A DNA stretch of 64,000 nt from Lytechinus pictus (taxonomy: Eukaryota): NCBI RefSeq assembly GCF_037042905.1, contig NC_087245.1:26662001-26726000 (forward strand), written 5' to 3'. The number at the start of each line of letters is the position of its first letter. Position 1 is the first letter of the stretch. Shown here piece after piece: positions 52,054 to 64,000 of the stretch. The notes below the pieces were generated by a model. That model was not told where the DNA came from. It ran no database searches and saw nothing but the letters and a program-made list of their open reading frames with translations. A program made the position numbers and the translations under genes.

Positions 52054-55000
52054 CGCTTTCCTTGCCCTACTTTCCATTCTTCAATGGAATTCTCAGGGCT
52101 TACTAGGGCACGGACAAGAGCTACTTAATCATCTAAAAATAAATAAAGAATATGATTTAATTTGTGTTCAAGAAACGTGGTTTTATGATAATAGTTCACT
52201 TTGTATTCCAAATTATACATGCCTCCCAAGAAATAGGGAAGGTCAACGAAGAGGGGGTTGTGCAATATATATTCATGATAGGATTAAGTACGAAGATCCA
52301 ATCAATGATTCAAGTCTAGAATTACAACATGTGAACATATATGTCACCAATAAAAAAATATCTATCATCAACTTTTATAATCCATGCAAAAAATTAAACG
52401 AATCAATTCTAAACACATTGTTGAAGAATGTTAATGAAACAGATAACCTAATAATCTTAGGTGATTTCAACGCTCATAGTACCCTCTGGGGCAGTGACAA
52501 AACCGACAGAAATGGACAAGCCATTGAGCAATTTATATATGAGAATAACTTAATAGTATTGAATGATAAAACAGGAACTAGACTTGATCCTTGTACTGGA
52601 AAGCTTTCGTGCTTAGATCTATGTATGTCCTCCCCATCACTGGCCGGTAAGGCGATATGGAAGGTTATGGAAGATTCCTTTGGGAGCGATCATTTTCCAA
52701 TTATTATACAAATAACACTTGGAAAGAAAGGTAAAAATCATGAAAATCTAAGTAATCAGGCCAAAGATAACATGCCTCATGAACATATTTCTTTCAAGAA
52801 TGTTAACTGGCCCATATTTGCATACAAATGTGAAAATATCATAAAAAATGAAATAATTAAATCTGAAGATGGTATTAAGAACATTTTTTATTCATTTATG
52901 GAACGCTTGAAGGAATGTATTCATGAAGCAGTCCCGAAAAAAAGAAAGACGGGGAAAAATCCTGTCCCATGGTGGAACAAGGAATGTACTGAAAAGATTA
53001 AAGAAAGAAATAGAATAAGAAACCACCTATCAAGAAAAATCACACTTGATAGAATTAACGAATACAAAAAAAAGAAGGCAGAAGCCCAACGAGTTCTCCG
53101 GAAAGCGGAAAGAGAATATTGGCAAGCTTTTTGCAGAAGACTAGACAGATTCATGCCAGAGACAAAGATATGGTCATGTATAAAACGTTTAAATGGTGTA
53201 CCTGTCAAAAAATCACAAAATATGCCTATTTTGATTGAGAAAGGTAAAGCCATTACGTCCTTAACAGAGAGAGTAGAGATTTTTGGAACTTATTTCCAAT
53301 CCTTAGGACAAAAAAATAAAGATTCCAATAAAACATTAACCAAGGAAGTACAAAATTCTTTCTACCAAAATGAACATGTTATTAATGAACCTTTCTCGAT
53401 GAATGAATTTGAGAAAGCAGTTATATCTAGTAAATTTGCTGCTCCAGGAAAAGATAATATTCCATACATTGTATACGAAAATATGCCAAAAAGCACAAAA
53501 GAAATTATGTTGACCATTATTAATAGAATATGGGAATCCGGGGATATCCCGAGTTCTCTAAAACACTCAATTTTAGTACCAATCTTGAAATCTGGTAAGG
53601 ACTCAAAAAATGTTATCTCCTATAGACCAATATCACTTACATCTTGTTTTGCCAAAGTTATAGAGCGTATGATAAAAGACAGATTGCAATGGTACATGGA
53701 TAAAAATAACTTATTGCCTAATTTCATCAGTGGTTTTAGAAAAGGTCGTAGTACTACTGACAATATTGTTTTATTAGAAAATGACATTCAAAAATCTATC
53801 AATTGCAGTGAGCACACTCTTGCAGTATTTTTGGATGTCGAAAAGGCTTATGACAGTCTTTGGATTGATGGATTACTGTACAAACTCACTCAATGTGGTA
53901 TAGGAGGAAAAATGTTACATTTTTTAGAAAATTATCTAACAGAACGTACCTTTCAGGTAAGAGTTACAAATACTGAATCCAGAACATTTCAAATCCATAA
54001 CGGACTCCCCCAGGGGAGTGTTCTGAGTCCCCTTCTATATAATGTCATGATGAGAGATATTCCAATTGATCCTGAAGTGACATTATCCATATATGCTGAT
54101 GATTGTGCAGTATGGTTTTCTGGAAAAAATGTAGAGAATATTAGATTAAGGATACAAACTTATCTAGATGTATTATGTACCTGGTTTAAAGACTGGGGCT
54201 TCAATTTTTCTATTGAGAAGACTGTTCCGGTATTTTTTACTAAGCTTTCAAACGTTACCCCTCCAACAATCAAGTTTGAAGGGAGTATACTCACTTATAA
54301 AAATAATCACCGTTTCCTTGGAATGATATTTGATAGTAAATTGTCTTGGCATCCCCATATAGAGAACGTAGTTTCAAGAAGTAAAAGGAAATTAAATATA
54401 TTGCGAAGTTTAACAGGAACTAAATGGGGAAGTTCATCTAAGTCCTTACTTATGGTTTACAGGGCAATTATTAGATCAATTTTTGATTATGGTTGTCAAG
54501 CTTATGATAGTGCTCCAGTAACTACAAAAAAATTGTTAGACTCGGTGCAATATCAGGCACTCAGAATATGTGCTGGTGGGCTGCCATTAACATCGTTAGT
54601 TTCACTGCAGGTGGAAATGGGAGAACCCCCTTTAGATTTAAGAAGGCAAATGTTATCAAGCAAGTATAGACAAAATATAGAAAGACATAATAATCACCCA
54701 TTAATAACACGAATCAAACCATGCTGGCAGTTCGATTATCTTAAAGGTAAGAATGTTAGTAAACCGTTTGGTTACAGGCTCCAATCCAAGATAGGAAAAG
54801 AAATTAGTATCGAAAATATTATTTCTCCATCCTTTCCACCTTGGTTATTTTGTCCACCAGTTGTATCTACTGAATTGAGTTCACAAATCAAGAAATCGGA
54901 TCATCCAATACAATTACAACAATTGAGTTTGGAATTGATACATACAAAATGGTCACACCAACTCCATATATACACTGATGGATCCAAAGCCCCTGAAAAG

Positions 55001-55798
55001 GGGATTAGCTCAGCTGCTTTTTATGTACCTTATTTTTCCTGTTACCAAGGCAAAAGACTATCGAATTTCACGTCCTCCTATAGGGCTGAATTAATTGCGA
55101 TTGTTCTCGCACTGGAATGGATAGAATATTTAGATATATATACAGGTGTTGTTATTTTCAGTGATTCATTAAGTGCACTTTTATCTTTACAGAATCGGAA
55201 AGACGATCCTATCATTACAGAAATTCTAACTATTAGTACAAGACTCAAATATAAAGGTATAGAGGTATACCTGGAGTGGATCCCTGGTCACTGTGGAATA
55301 AAAGGAAATGAAATAGCAGACTCCTGCGCAAAAAAAGCTTTATCAAACAAAATAGAAATTCATAATCAAATAACATTATCAGAAATTATGCAACTTATTT
55401 CAAAAAGTTGTAAGATAATTTGGCAAGAAAGATGGAATAAAACTAACTCAGCACTGAAAGAATTGCAACCATCAGTGCTATCCACATATAAATGTAATCT
55501 AGGAAGACAGGAAACTGTACTCCATCGTCTCCGTTTTGGAGTCGCTGGTCTTAACCAAGATCTACTAAGATTAGGGATCCATCCAACAGGGTTTTGTGAT
55601 AGATGTCCTGAGGTAGAAACTGTCAGACATTATCTTTTACATTGTCCAAAATATATAATTGAAAGATCAATGCTCCTTGTAGAATTGAATGAATCACAGC
55701 CAGGACAAATAATGGAGTATTTAAAAAAAGATGACCCAGGGATACAGAAAGCATTTTTACGTTTCGTTTCAAGAACGAAACGTTTTAGTAAGGAGTGA
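52034..55798 (+). CDS. LINE ORF2: AP endonuclease, reverse transcriptase, RNase H, C-terminal zinc knuckle (start is the open-frame boundary, not an ATG)
   Basis: APE motifs ILQWNSQGL, CVQETW, GDFNAH and SDHFPI. RT motifs YRPISL, QGSVLSP and YADD. RNase H motifs YTDGSK, RAEL, SDSLSAL and WIPGHCGIKGNEIAD. C-terminal CDRC..ETVRHYLLHC. Confidence 0.95.
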   Translation, partial: LNNAGTNAFLALLSILQWNSQGLLGHGQELLNHLKINKEYDLICVQETWFYDNSSLCIPNYTCLPRNREGQRRGGCAIYIHDRIKYEDPINDSSLELQHVNIYVTNKKISIINFYNPCKKLNESILNTLLKNVNETDNLIILGDFNAHSTLWGSDKTDRNGQAIEQFIYENNLIVLNDKTGTRLDPCTGKLSCLDLCMSSPSLAGKAIWKVMEDSFGSDHFPIIIQITLGKKGKNHENLSNQAKDNMPHEHISFKNVNWPIFAYKCENIIKNEIIKSEDGIKNIFYSFMERLKECIHEAVPKKRKTGKNPVPWWNKECTEKIKERNRIRNHLSRKITLDRINEYKKKKAEAQRVLRKAEREYWQAFCRRLDRFMPETKIWSCIKRLNGVPVKKSQNMPILIEKGKAITSLTERVEIFGTYFQSLGQKNKDSNKTLTKEVQNSFYQNEHVINEPFSMNEFEKAVISSKFAAPGKDNIPYIVYENMPKSTKEIMLTIINRIWESGDIPSSLKHSILVPILKSGKDSKNVISYRPISLTSCFAKVIERMIKDRLQWYMDKNNLLPNFISGFRKGRSTTDNIVLLENDIQKSINCSEHTLAVFLDVEKAYDSLWIDGLLYKLTQCGIGGKMLHFLENYLTERTFQVRVTNTESRTFQIHNGLPQGSVLSPLLYNVMMRDIPIDPEVTLSIYADDCAVWFSGKNVENIRLRIQTYLDVLCTWFKDWGFNFSIEKTVPVFFTKLSNVTPPTIKFEGSILTYKNNHRFLGMIFDSKLSWHPHIENVVSRSKRKLNILRSLTGTKWGSSSKSLLMVYRAIIRSIFDYGCQAYDSAPVTTKKLLDSVQYQALRICAGGLPLTSLVSLQVEMGEPPLDLRRQMLSSKYRQNIERHNNHPLITRIKPCWQFDYLKGKNVSKPFGYRLQSKIGKEISIENIISPSFPPWLFCPPVVSTELSSQIKKSDHPIQLQQLSLELIHTKWSHQLHIYTDGSKAPEKGISSAAFYVPYFSCYQGKRLSNFTSSYRAELIAIVLALEWIEYLDIYTGVVIFSDSLSALLSLQNRKDDPIITEILTISTRLKYKGIEVYLEWIPGHCGIKGNEIADSCAKKALSNKIEIHNQITLSEIMQLISKSCKIIWQERWNKTNSALKELQPSVLSTYKCNLGRQETVLHRLRFGVAGLNQDLLRLGIHPTGFCDRCPEVETVRHYLLHCPKYIIERSMLLVELNESQPGQIMEYLKKDDPGIQKAFLRFVSRTKRFSKE

Positions 55799-57989
55799 TG
55801 TACTATTTTAATATTGTATTGTCTATAAGAAATATGAATGGATATGCTTGTACAAGTCTAATGTGAAAAGAAGAAAAAATATATATATATACATAATAAT
55901 GTATGATATAATATATACAATATGATATATTCTGCACATATAACTAACAAAGCCCACAAGTGTTTTCGCCTTGTTGTTGTTGTTGTTTAAAAAAAAGAAA
56001 CAAATTATTTTAATGTTTAACCCATCTGTAAGCACAGGTACACTAGCGCCCCCTCGTCTATGCATGGGTGACCTAGGCATTTATGTCCGAAAAATCGGCA
56101 CAATGTACCGTGCTGACCGGTATGATTGCATCTTTGAAAGGGCAGGGCAAGCGCAACTAGTTGGAACTGAGCTGAAGATAGCGGTTTGTTTTTGGTGAAG
56201 TTTTGTTTATATGCCATTTTGACAAGAGTTACTGCAAACTTTTGTACATATCATAATTATCCTCTTTCATATCAGAAGGATACAAAAAAAATATTTTATA
56301 TATGTATACATCATATTGGTAATAATATTATTATGTGAGAAGTGAGATTTTTTATTAATAATGTCAATGGCGACAATAGTCAAATATGACTAATCGCCAC
56401 TCAAACCAACATAAGAAGAAGAAGAAGAAGTTATTTAAATTAAGTTCGGTTGGCGGTGGCGCGTGTTTTGAACGTTATGGAGTCAGACGACTGCAAACTG
56501 CAGCCAGTGTCTACCTTTGGTTTGGTGTCAAGTTTTGAATAATCAACTTTACAAATTTGACTATTATGTCACTCCATGGAAGAGTAAGTGTCCAAGATTA
56601 TATATATTCTTCTATTATTGTTTTAGTTAATGCTAAAGTATACTCAAGTGTAATTTTATTATGTGCATGTACTTGTTACATTATTTACCCGCGCAATTCG
56701 ACACTAGCCCTTTGTACAAATAATGTTATGATATAAGACATATGTGCTGAAGTAAGGTTAGCAATGTTTGGCTTATTCTAGCTCTTGATCAAATGGGTAA
56801 ATTACTGATTTTTAACACTTTCAGTTTCTATTACACTAATTCACATTATGACATGGCCCAAACTAGATCAACCATTTCGCAGTTCCATTCCGTGCATGAT
56901 CAGAAAAGGTAATTGGTACTGAAGTGATGGTGATTTAATATTCAATGAGATAAGCACCAACGTCTTGATTATTCATATATTCTTTTAAATTGTGTTTTTC
57001 ATTAGATCTACAAAAAACAACAATACGTCCACTTGCGACTGGTATTTCACAGTTGGCTAAGTATATTGTTATAAAAACATGCTAATGCATTCAAAGTAGA
57101 AATGCAACAAATACCTTCATAGAGAGTTCGTTTGTGTGCTATTCTCGTTACCTGGTCTATTCAATTTCTTCATACTGCTATGTAAGGCATGCTTACGTAA
57201 TATCTTGCTTTGAAATCTGCCTTTCATAATGAAGTGAAAGGTCATTTGACCAAAATTGCCCATGAGGTAACTACCAACTGGTATTTCTTTAAATTATTTT
57301 CCTATTTGGAAAAAAAGTTTGAAATTATTGGCCAAAGATTCGAATTTCCACCATTAGAGGGCCTAAAAATTGCTCAAAAAATATTTTTAATGTTCTGTTG
57401 AATAAAAATGATAAAACTCAAAAGGAAGATGCCTTTGGTCAATCAAAATTTGACAAGCGAAAAAAAAAGGTTTTCACTACAAAAGTTTTCTTAAATTTCT
57501 ACATTTTTTACCAACCTAATTTTCAGGGTGTGCTGCCTATGGTATATAACACACGCAGAACCCCCAGAAAATCTTTTTTTTGAGAGGGGGGGGGGGGGGG
57601 GAGGTGCTTCAGCATCCCCGCTTCCCTGTGCCATGGTTGTGTATCTTAACGAACAATTAATGCGAGCCACACACGATGAGCTAAAAAAAATATTTACTGC
57701 CCCGGAAGGGAATCTTTTAAGTTAACAAATTCTCCTATTTTTCGACACTTTTCTTTCGACTTGTTTTTTGTTCCCTCCTTTTTTCTTACTTTATGTCTTC
57801 CCTTCTTTTCTTCTTATTTTCGTCCTAAGTTTCTCCCTTTTTTCTCTCTTCCTTTTTTTAATTCCCCAATAGGGCAGATGCCGTTCCAGCCTGTATACCC
57901 ACCTATATCTTCCCATTATCTTTCCCTTTTTAATAATAAACAGAAGGAAAAGGTCTTTTAGTCTCCTATATTCACAATTTTGTTGAAAT

Positions 57990-58700
57990 GATATTTCTTC
58001 CCCTCTTCATTTTGTCATTTTCCCTCCACTTCGATTTCTCCCTCTCTTCCTTTCCCAATTTCCCTTATCTTTTCCTTCTCTCTTTGTTTCTCTATCTTTC
58101 ATTATTTTTTTTCCATCTATCGCCCTCTCCTTTTTTTTCTTCCCTTTCCTTTCTTTCCCCTCTCCTTTTTGCTCTCTCCTCTTCCTTTTCTCTCCCCACT
58201 CCCTTTCTTTTTCTTTGCCCCTTCTTATTCTCTCCTCTCTCCTTTTCTCTCCACTCTCCCTTTTCCGTCTTTCTTTCTCCTCTCCCCTTACTTTCTTTTT
58301 TCACACCTTTCTCTCTTTTCCCCTTCCCTTTCTTTCCCAATCCTTCCCTTTCCTTCTCATTTTCTCTCTTTTCCCCTCCCCTTTCTTTCCCATTTTCTTT
58401 TCGTCCCTTTTCTCATCCTTTCTCTCTTTACCTTTCCTTTTTTCCTCTCTCACTTTCCTTTCTTTTCCTTCTCTTTCCCCCTCTTACCCCTCCTATCCGA
58501 CCCCCTCTCCCCTCCCTTTTGTTTCTTCTCTTTTTCTCTGTCTTTTCCCCTCCTTTTCTCTTCCCTGTCCATTTCCTTTCATTTTGCCCTCTCTTTCTCT
58601 CACTTTTTTCTGTTCCTTTTCTTTCCGTTCTTCCTTCCTCCTTTCTTTCTTTCTTTCTCTCTCTCTTTGTTTTCTCTTCCTTTTCTTATCCACCCTTAGC
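57990..58700. repeat. ~700-bp polypyrimidine/polypurine low-complexity tract
   Basis: Almost only C and T on the + strand. The leading sequence is shared with a shorter tract at ~10080-10490. Confidence 0.9.
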
Positions 58701-58996
58701 AATCTATCTTTAATTTACTAATTTATTTATTTTTTGTGTGGTGGTGGGGGGGGGGGGGGGCAAGGCACCATCGGCCCCAATGGATCCAAGCTTGCCCTTC
58801 ATCATTTGACACTTGCTTGTGAAAAATTAGATCGTCGTCTTGTCTATGACTGGTGACACCGACATTGCTCCGGCGAAAATTGCCCTAGGCTTCATTTTGT
58901 CTAAGATATAGGGTTAGGGTTGCAAAAGGGTTTTATGTTATAGGATTAGGATAGAGTATAGAGTTAACCCAGGGTTGAAGTTGGTAATTCCATTAA

Positions 58997-59576
58997 AGGA
59001 ATGGTCCAAGCTGGAGATATTTATATCTCAATGGAATTTTGATCAAAAACGGATAAGAAATAACAGAGTTATAGATTTTTAAAGATTTGCAATATTCCGG
59101 TGAAACAGTTCTAGGCATGTCTTCGTAAAATATTCATTAGGTGGTCTGACGATGTCATATCCCCACTTGTTCTTTTGTATTTTATTATATGAAATTAGGT
59201 TTATTCAATTTTTTCTACCAAGATCTAAAACAATTGGATTGACAACTGATTAAGTACATGAGTTATTTATTGCCACAACTTATTTCATCATAATTGAGAC
59301 ACATCGTTATACACATGTATGAAAAAGGAAACAATTATGATTTCATGTAATAACATAAAATGGGGATATGACATCATCAGCCAACCTAATGAATATTCAT
59401 GACGATGTGCACATAACTTTTTTTTTTACAAAATATTGATAAAATTTAAAATTCTATAACTTCATTATTTGTTATCCGAATTTGTTGAAATTTTCAGCAT
59501 TTTGCTCTGTGAATTTTACCGTGAAATTATACTCTATTTATTAAGATATGAATATTTTCAGCCCGGACCATCCCTT
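58997..59576. mobile_element. Kolobok-like MITE, diverged
   Basis: TTAA|AGGAATGGTCCAAGCTG ... CAGCCCGGACCATCCCT inverted ends. A related copy lies at ~62120-62697. Confidence 0.6.
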
Positions 59577-62500
59577 TGTGTGAAATATTCAGCTGAGCAA
59601 ATGTAATGGAACTCTATGACTAGACTTAATTTTCTCTCTAACTGCATTAAGGGATGCATTTCTTATGACTCCTCTCTCTCCCTTTATTTAGTTTGCTTCT
59701 CTCTCTTTTCATTTCTTTTCTTTCCCATTTCCCATCTCTTTTTTTTTTCATGTTTGACGCATTTTAATACGGGTGTTCATGGGCCGTTTACAACCAATTT
59801 TGATTTGTTGTATCTTTCATTCATATTTTATAATCTTTCTTCCTTTTACAGCCAACCCCCATGTATATTTCAGAAAGTTACAAACATCAAAGTTTTATTC
59901 AAATCTTATTATAAAAATTAAAAATGTAACCCCCCCCCAAAAAAAAAATAATAATAAACAGTACAACTATGGAAAAATGAGTAAAAAGCACTAGTTGTTT
60001 TCGCTAAAACGTTCAATATCAATTTTATTTCCTAATACTACTACATGTATATAAGTTCGATATTATCTATTTTGGCAGCAACACGTCGTTTAGAAAATAA
60101 AATCTGAAATTTTTCTTCAAGTACATTTTTAAAGGGGCACTCTTTTGTTTGCCCCTTCTTGTTGGGACCTCATTTGCAGCCGAGATTCACTGCCAGATGT
60201 TTAATTTGTTAAATATGGGACTGGGGTTCCTCCTCGTGTGTTTCAACACTCAGCTGGTACCTTGTTTGTTTGATCAAAAGTCACCTTGCTACTTGGCTTT
60301 TAGGGATATAGCAAAATATTAGTGACGTTGACTCTAATTGAAGGCTGATAGGAATCAAAATTAATTTGGTTGCAAGGATATTTTGAATTAATACGAGACA
60401 CACCAGATAAAAAAATTAACTCCGTCAGTATTGTGACTCTCATGGAAACCTTGATTTTTATTGGCTGCTGAGCCATGTTACCATGGTAATTTTCATCATG
60501 AAAAAGTTACCATAGTTGTAACTATTTATGAAAACGGACATTAGATCTGATTATTTTTGTTGAATGGCATAGAAGAGAGGCGCAACGTGTCGACCGATAA
60601 TAAGACTGTTTCAAATGTTTTTTTCTGTTTTGATTTTCCACCAGCACAAGAATTTACCTGATGACGACCAAGACTTCAACTATACATCCTAAGTCACAAG
60701 TAAAAGCGGAATAGGCCTACGATCAAGAATGCATCAGCATCCTTGTGGCCTGGTCAGCGACGAATGGAACAGCTTTTCATCAGGAACTGATGGCAGATCT
60801 GGTGGATAGAATGTTGCCTGGAAGGCATCCGGATGTGGTTCTCTTCCGGTGAGATGATGTCTGAAAGTAATTGTTGACCCGCATGCCAAATCGATTTCCC
60901 AGTCTTGAGTGGACCCAGTTTTGTCATGAGAAGGAATAAGGTGTAGTCGGTGTACTTCGGTCGACGATTATACAAAGCTGATACCATGGTTACCCAAAAC
61001 AGTCTCATCATGGTGAGGATGAGCAAGGATGTAGTTGGTCTTCCGCTGGCTCGAACCCTGAGGGTTACGTAATTACACGGCAGAAGTGTTCCTGAGGACG
61101 TTGTAGGGAACAAAGTAGGTCGATCAAAGAATTCAAGCTTCAACGCATGCGGCAACCTTTCTCTTTTCCCTAATATGTTTGTTTTATGGTGCTATGTTTA
61201 GACAAAAATCCTAACGCAGTCAGTCCGCAACACCGAGAAAAACCGTCTAATTTTCGTCTATTAAAAATCACAATCAGATGGTATTTTTTTGGTACACGTT
61301 TATTGAAAAAAAGTTGGGAGGGGTAGTTTCCCGGTGCCGTGGCCCCTGCATTACGTGTATGTGGATTAAGGTAAAAAGGTAAGGTACAGATCCAGCGTTT
61401 GCCTGGGAGGGGGGGGGGGGGTTGTTTTTCATCTTTTTTTAGGAGGAAGGGTGTCCTTAAGACTGAAGCTTAAGTACAAATTAGCTTTATTTTTACAAAA
61501 GTGTAGTGTATTTATTAAGACATGAAGGAATGATGTGTGTGAGAGGCTCATGCTGACAATTTGCAATATTCCGATCTGAAAGAAGGATAATTAAAACACG
61601 TTCTACAATAAAGGGCATGATGCATATCTCACCAAAAATTAGTTACATGTTAAAGGGAAATGCATATATATTGGTTAAAATCCAACAAAGAACGGGAGAG
61701 TTATTAATTGTAAAACTTTTAATGTGTGACGTCATATGGAGCAGCCGCCAAAGAAATGCCATGTAACATAAATTGTTTCAATGAAGTCACATATTTGGAT
61801 TGTTCATGATGAACAAAAATATTTCACTGGAAGGAGGTAAAAAAAAACCGATGTGTAAGATATTTGAATGCAGAAATAAAATCACTTTCATTTTCTTCTT
61901 AGATAATTACATTGTATGGAATCTAAATCACATGACATGGGAGAGCTGCTATTTGTGACGTCACCAAAAACTTTATTTTTCTTTGACAGATTATTACACA
62001 ATCTTTATCAATGCATTTCCTTTTCATCTTCTCCCTTAAAAAAATAATGTCATGGCGGACTTCTTCTTTACAGAATTACTCCAATTTGCCAACATTTCTT
62101 GTTCTCAGTCTAGTAATAAAAGGGTAACACAGGCTGAAAATAATATGATTTGAGAAGATTAAGTAAAATCAGAAAAACAAAACACTGAAAATTTCATCAA
62201 AATCGGAAAATAGGTGTAACAAATTTATGACTTTTGAAATGTTCGCATCATTTCGGTGAAAGAGTTTTATCCATCAAAGTGTCTTCATGAATATGCAATG
62301 AGCAGGTTGGTGATGTCATCATTTTTTTTCAAATTCTGTCCACCAAGAATGAAAAATATTGGTTTGACATCCGACTTAATGCGTAAGTTAACCATTTCCG
62401 GCAACTCATTTTGTTACAATGAAAAGTTATCAAGCACATATGTATGCAGATATGAAATAATTATGATTTATTGCAATAACATAAGAAAAAAGAAAGTGGG

Positions 62501-63659
62501 GATACGACGACATCCTCTACTTATTGAATATTCATGACGGCGTGCATATAATTGTTTCACTTAATATTACTAAACTTTAAAATTCAATGACTCCATTATT
62601 TGTTATCAGATTTTGATGGAATTTTCAGCGTTTTGCTTCGTGATTATTTCTATATTCATCTAGCTATACATATTTTAAGCCCAGAGTACTTCTTTAAGGT
62701 CATCAAAGGTAATTTTTTAAACTAAGAAATTGTGCATATAATCTGAAAAAAAATTTCATTGTATGTTTTCAATTGCTGTTATCTCCCAGAATATTCGTTA
62801 AAAAAGAGAAATATGGTATGACTGTTTTCGGTTGTTTTACAATCAGGGTAACCCAACTGTATCCTTTGACTAAAAAAGGTTTTGTTTTCCCTAAATGTTT
62901 GTGTTGGAAACAAGTGAATTGATCATATTACAAAAATGTGAGGGATACACCTTACAGCCATCCACTAATCTTTCTTTTTTTTAATTATTATTATTTGGGT
63001 TTAATCTTTAACTTAATATTCTGTCAATTGCTAAATATTTTGGAGAGGACACTTCTGACAGACTTGGATTTGACAACATTGAAACGAGTACTGTCTGAAA
63101 CAAAAAATGAGTGGATGTAGGCATAGCAAACCTAACTCTATTAAAGATATAGAAGTGTTCATGCATATATTCTTTAAAATATTATTAGTCCAGTAATGTC
63201 TAATTACGCATAAAATATCAAATTCGGAGAGGGCAATTTTGGAGAGAACTATAGCACCCACTTTGGGGTAACAGTCACAAAATCAAAAAGTAGCTTTTTG
63301 GAAACTCAGTTGTTAAACAATGGTATTTCAAGAACCAATTCTAATTGGTCAAACAATCTCACTGTTTGCTAATAACAGAAATGTGCGGGCTCGATATCAG
63401 AGAAAGACAGAGACAGTAATTTTGACTCTAAAATGCCAGATCATTTGGTCAATTTTGAGAAGTAAACGCGTATTTCAATATTTTTTCTGTTGCAGGCTGC
63501 TCTAATAGTCACGATATATTCTGAATTTCAATACACATTTTGGATTGTACCCTGATTGAAAAACAACAGGCTTTTCTGAAGTGCATTTTGTAAATCCGGA
63601 ATACAAGCTCCTGTAGAAGTGAAATGTAGGCTAACTGCATTAAGAATTTGTTATTTTGT

Positions 63660-64000
63660 CTGGGGTCTTTTCATAAAGCTGTTCATAAGTTACGCATGAC
63701 TTTACGAACGAGTGTTGTGATAAATGATAGTCATATGCAACCCGCTTTTAATAGCACCATGGCCAGTAACAACATGTTTCAGTCGTGCGTAAAGTTGAGC
63801 GTAACTTCATGAACAGTTTTATGAAACACCACCCTGGTGGGTGTTTCATAAAACTGTTCGTAAGTTAAGAGCGACTTTAAGAACGACTGGTGAACCTTTC
63901 TTACGCGCGTAACCATCGCCAATGAATATACCATTTACCACAATAAAGGATCACCAGTCGTTCTTAAAGTCGCTCTTAACTTACGAACAGCTTTATGAAA
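63660..64000. mobile_element. Two adjacent palindromic MITEs (second runs to the window edge)
   Basis: TTTCATAAAGCTGTTCATAAGTTACGC...GCGTAACTTCATGAACAGTTTTATGAAA, followed by TTTCATAAAACTGTTCGTAAGTTAAGAGCGAC...GTCGCTCTTAACTTACGAACAGCTTTATGAAA. Confidence 0.8.

Larger units (their letters stand above)
50400..56430 (+). mobile_element. Full-length non-LTR retrotransposon, I group (Nimb-like)
   Basis: Two intact ORFs, a 3' UTR ending in the hairpin TGGCGACAATAGTC..GACTAATCGCCA, and an (AAG)n tail at 56414-56430. The 5' boundary is approximate and no TSD was found. Confidence 0.88.

Noticed and set aside
51465..53253. Antisense ORFs within the LINE
   Set aside because: Shadows of the coding strand with no independent motifs.
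56566..56583. MSLHGR resembling the DCAF7/WDR68 N-terminus
   Set aside because: Only six codons, and no downstream WD40 exons are visible in the window.
57988..58721. Long F/S/L/P-rich ORFs (up to 241 aa) and similar ORFs at 366-759, 4925-5197 and 9835-10510
   Set aside because: Artefacts of pyrimidine-rich low-complexity DNA that lacks stop codons. No domain motifs or splice support.
60754..61155. 133-aa minus-strand ORF
   Set aside because: Non-ATG start and no recognisable motif. The other frames are interrupted by stops.

Overview
AT-rich, repeat-dense animal genomic DNA. The repeat style suggests an echinoderm such as a sea urchin, but this is an inference. Two spliced host genes face each other: a three-exon Tribbles pseudokinase (TRIB2-like, + strand, 11857-14447, 335 aa) and an ankyrin-repeat/SOCS-box gene (ASB8-like, - strand, 26516-24547, 287 aa). 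An apparently intact non-LTR retrotransposon (Nimb/I-group-like) lies at about 50.4-56.4 kb, with a gag ORF1 and an APE-RT-RNase H ORF2 that has no AUG near its start. A decayed relative lies at about 43-45 kb on the minus strand. The rest is non-autonomous DNA transposons and MITEs (several nested, with readable TIRs and TSDs), a 36-bp satellite and simple repeats. The most unusual region is 28.6-36 kb. It holds a large inverted duplication split by nested insertions, and three different minimal hammerhead-ribozyme motifs in short Penelope-like inserts within 2.4 kb. One sits in a ~100-bp perfect foldback with a 13-bp TSD, and two sit inside (TA)n microsatellites.
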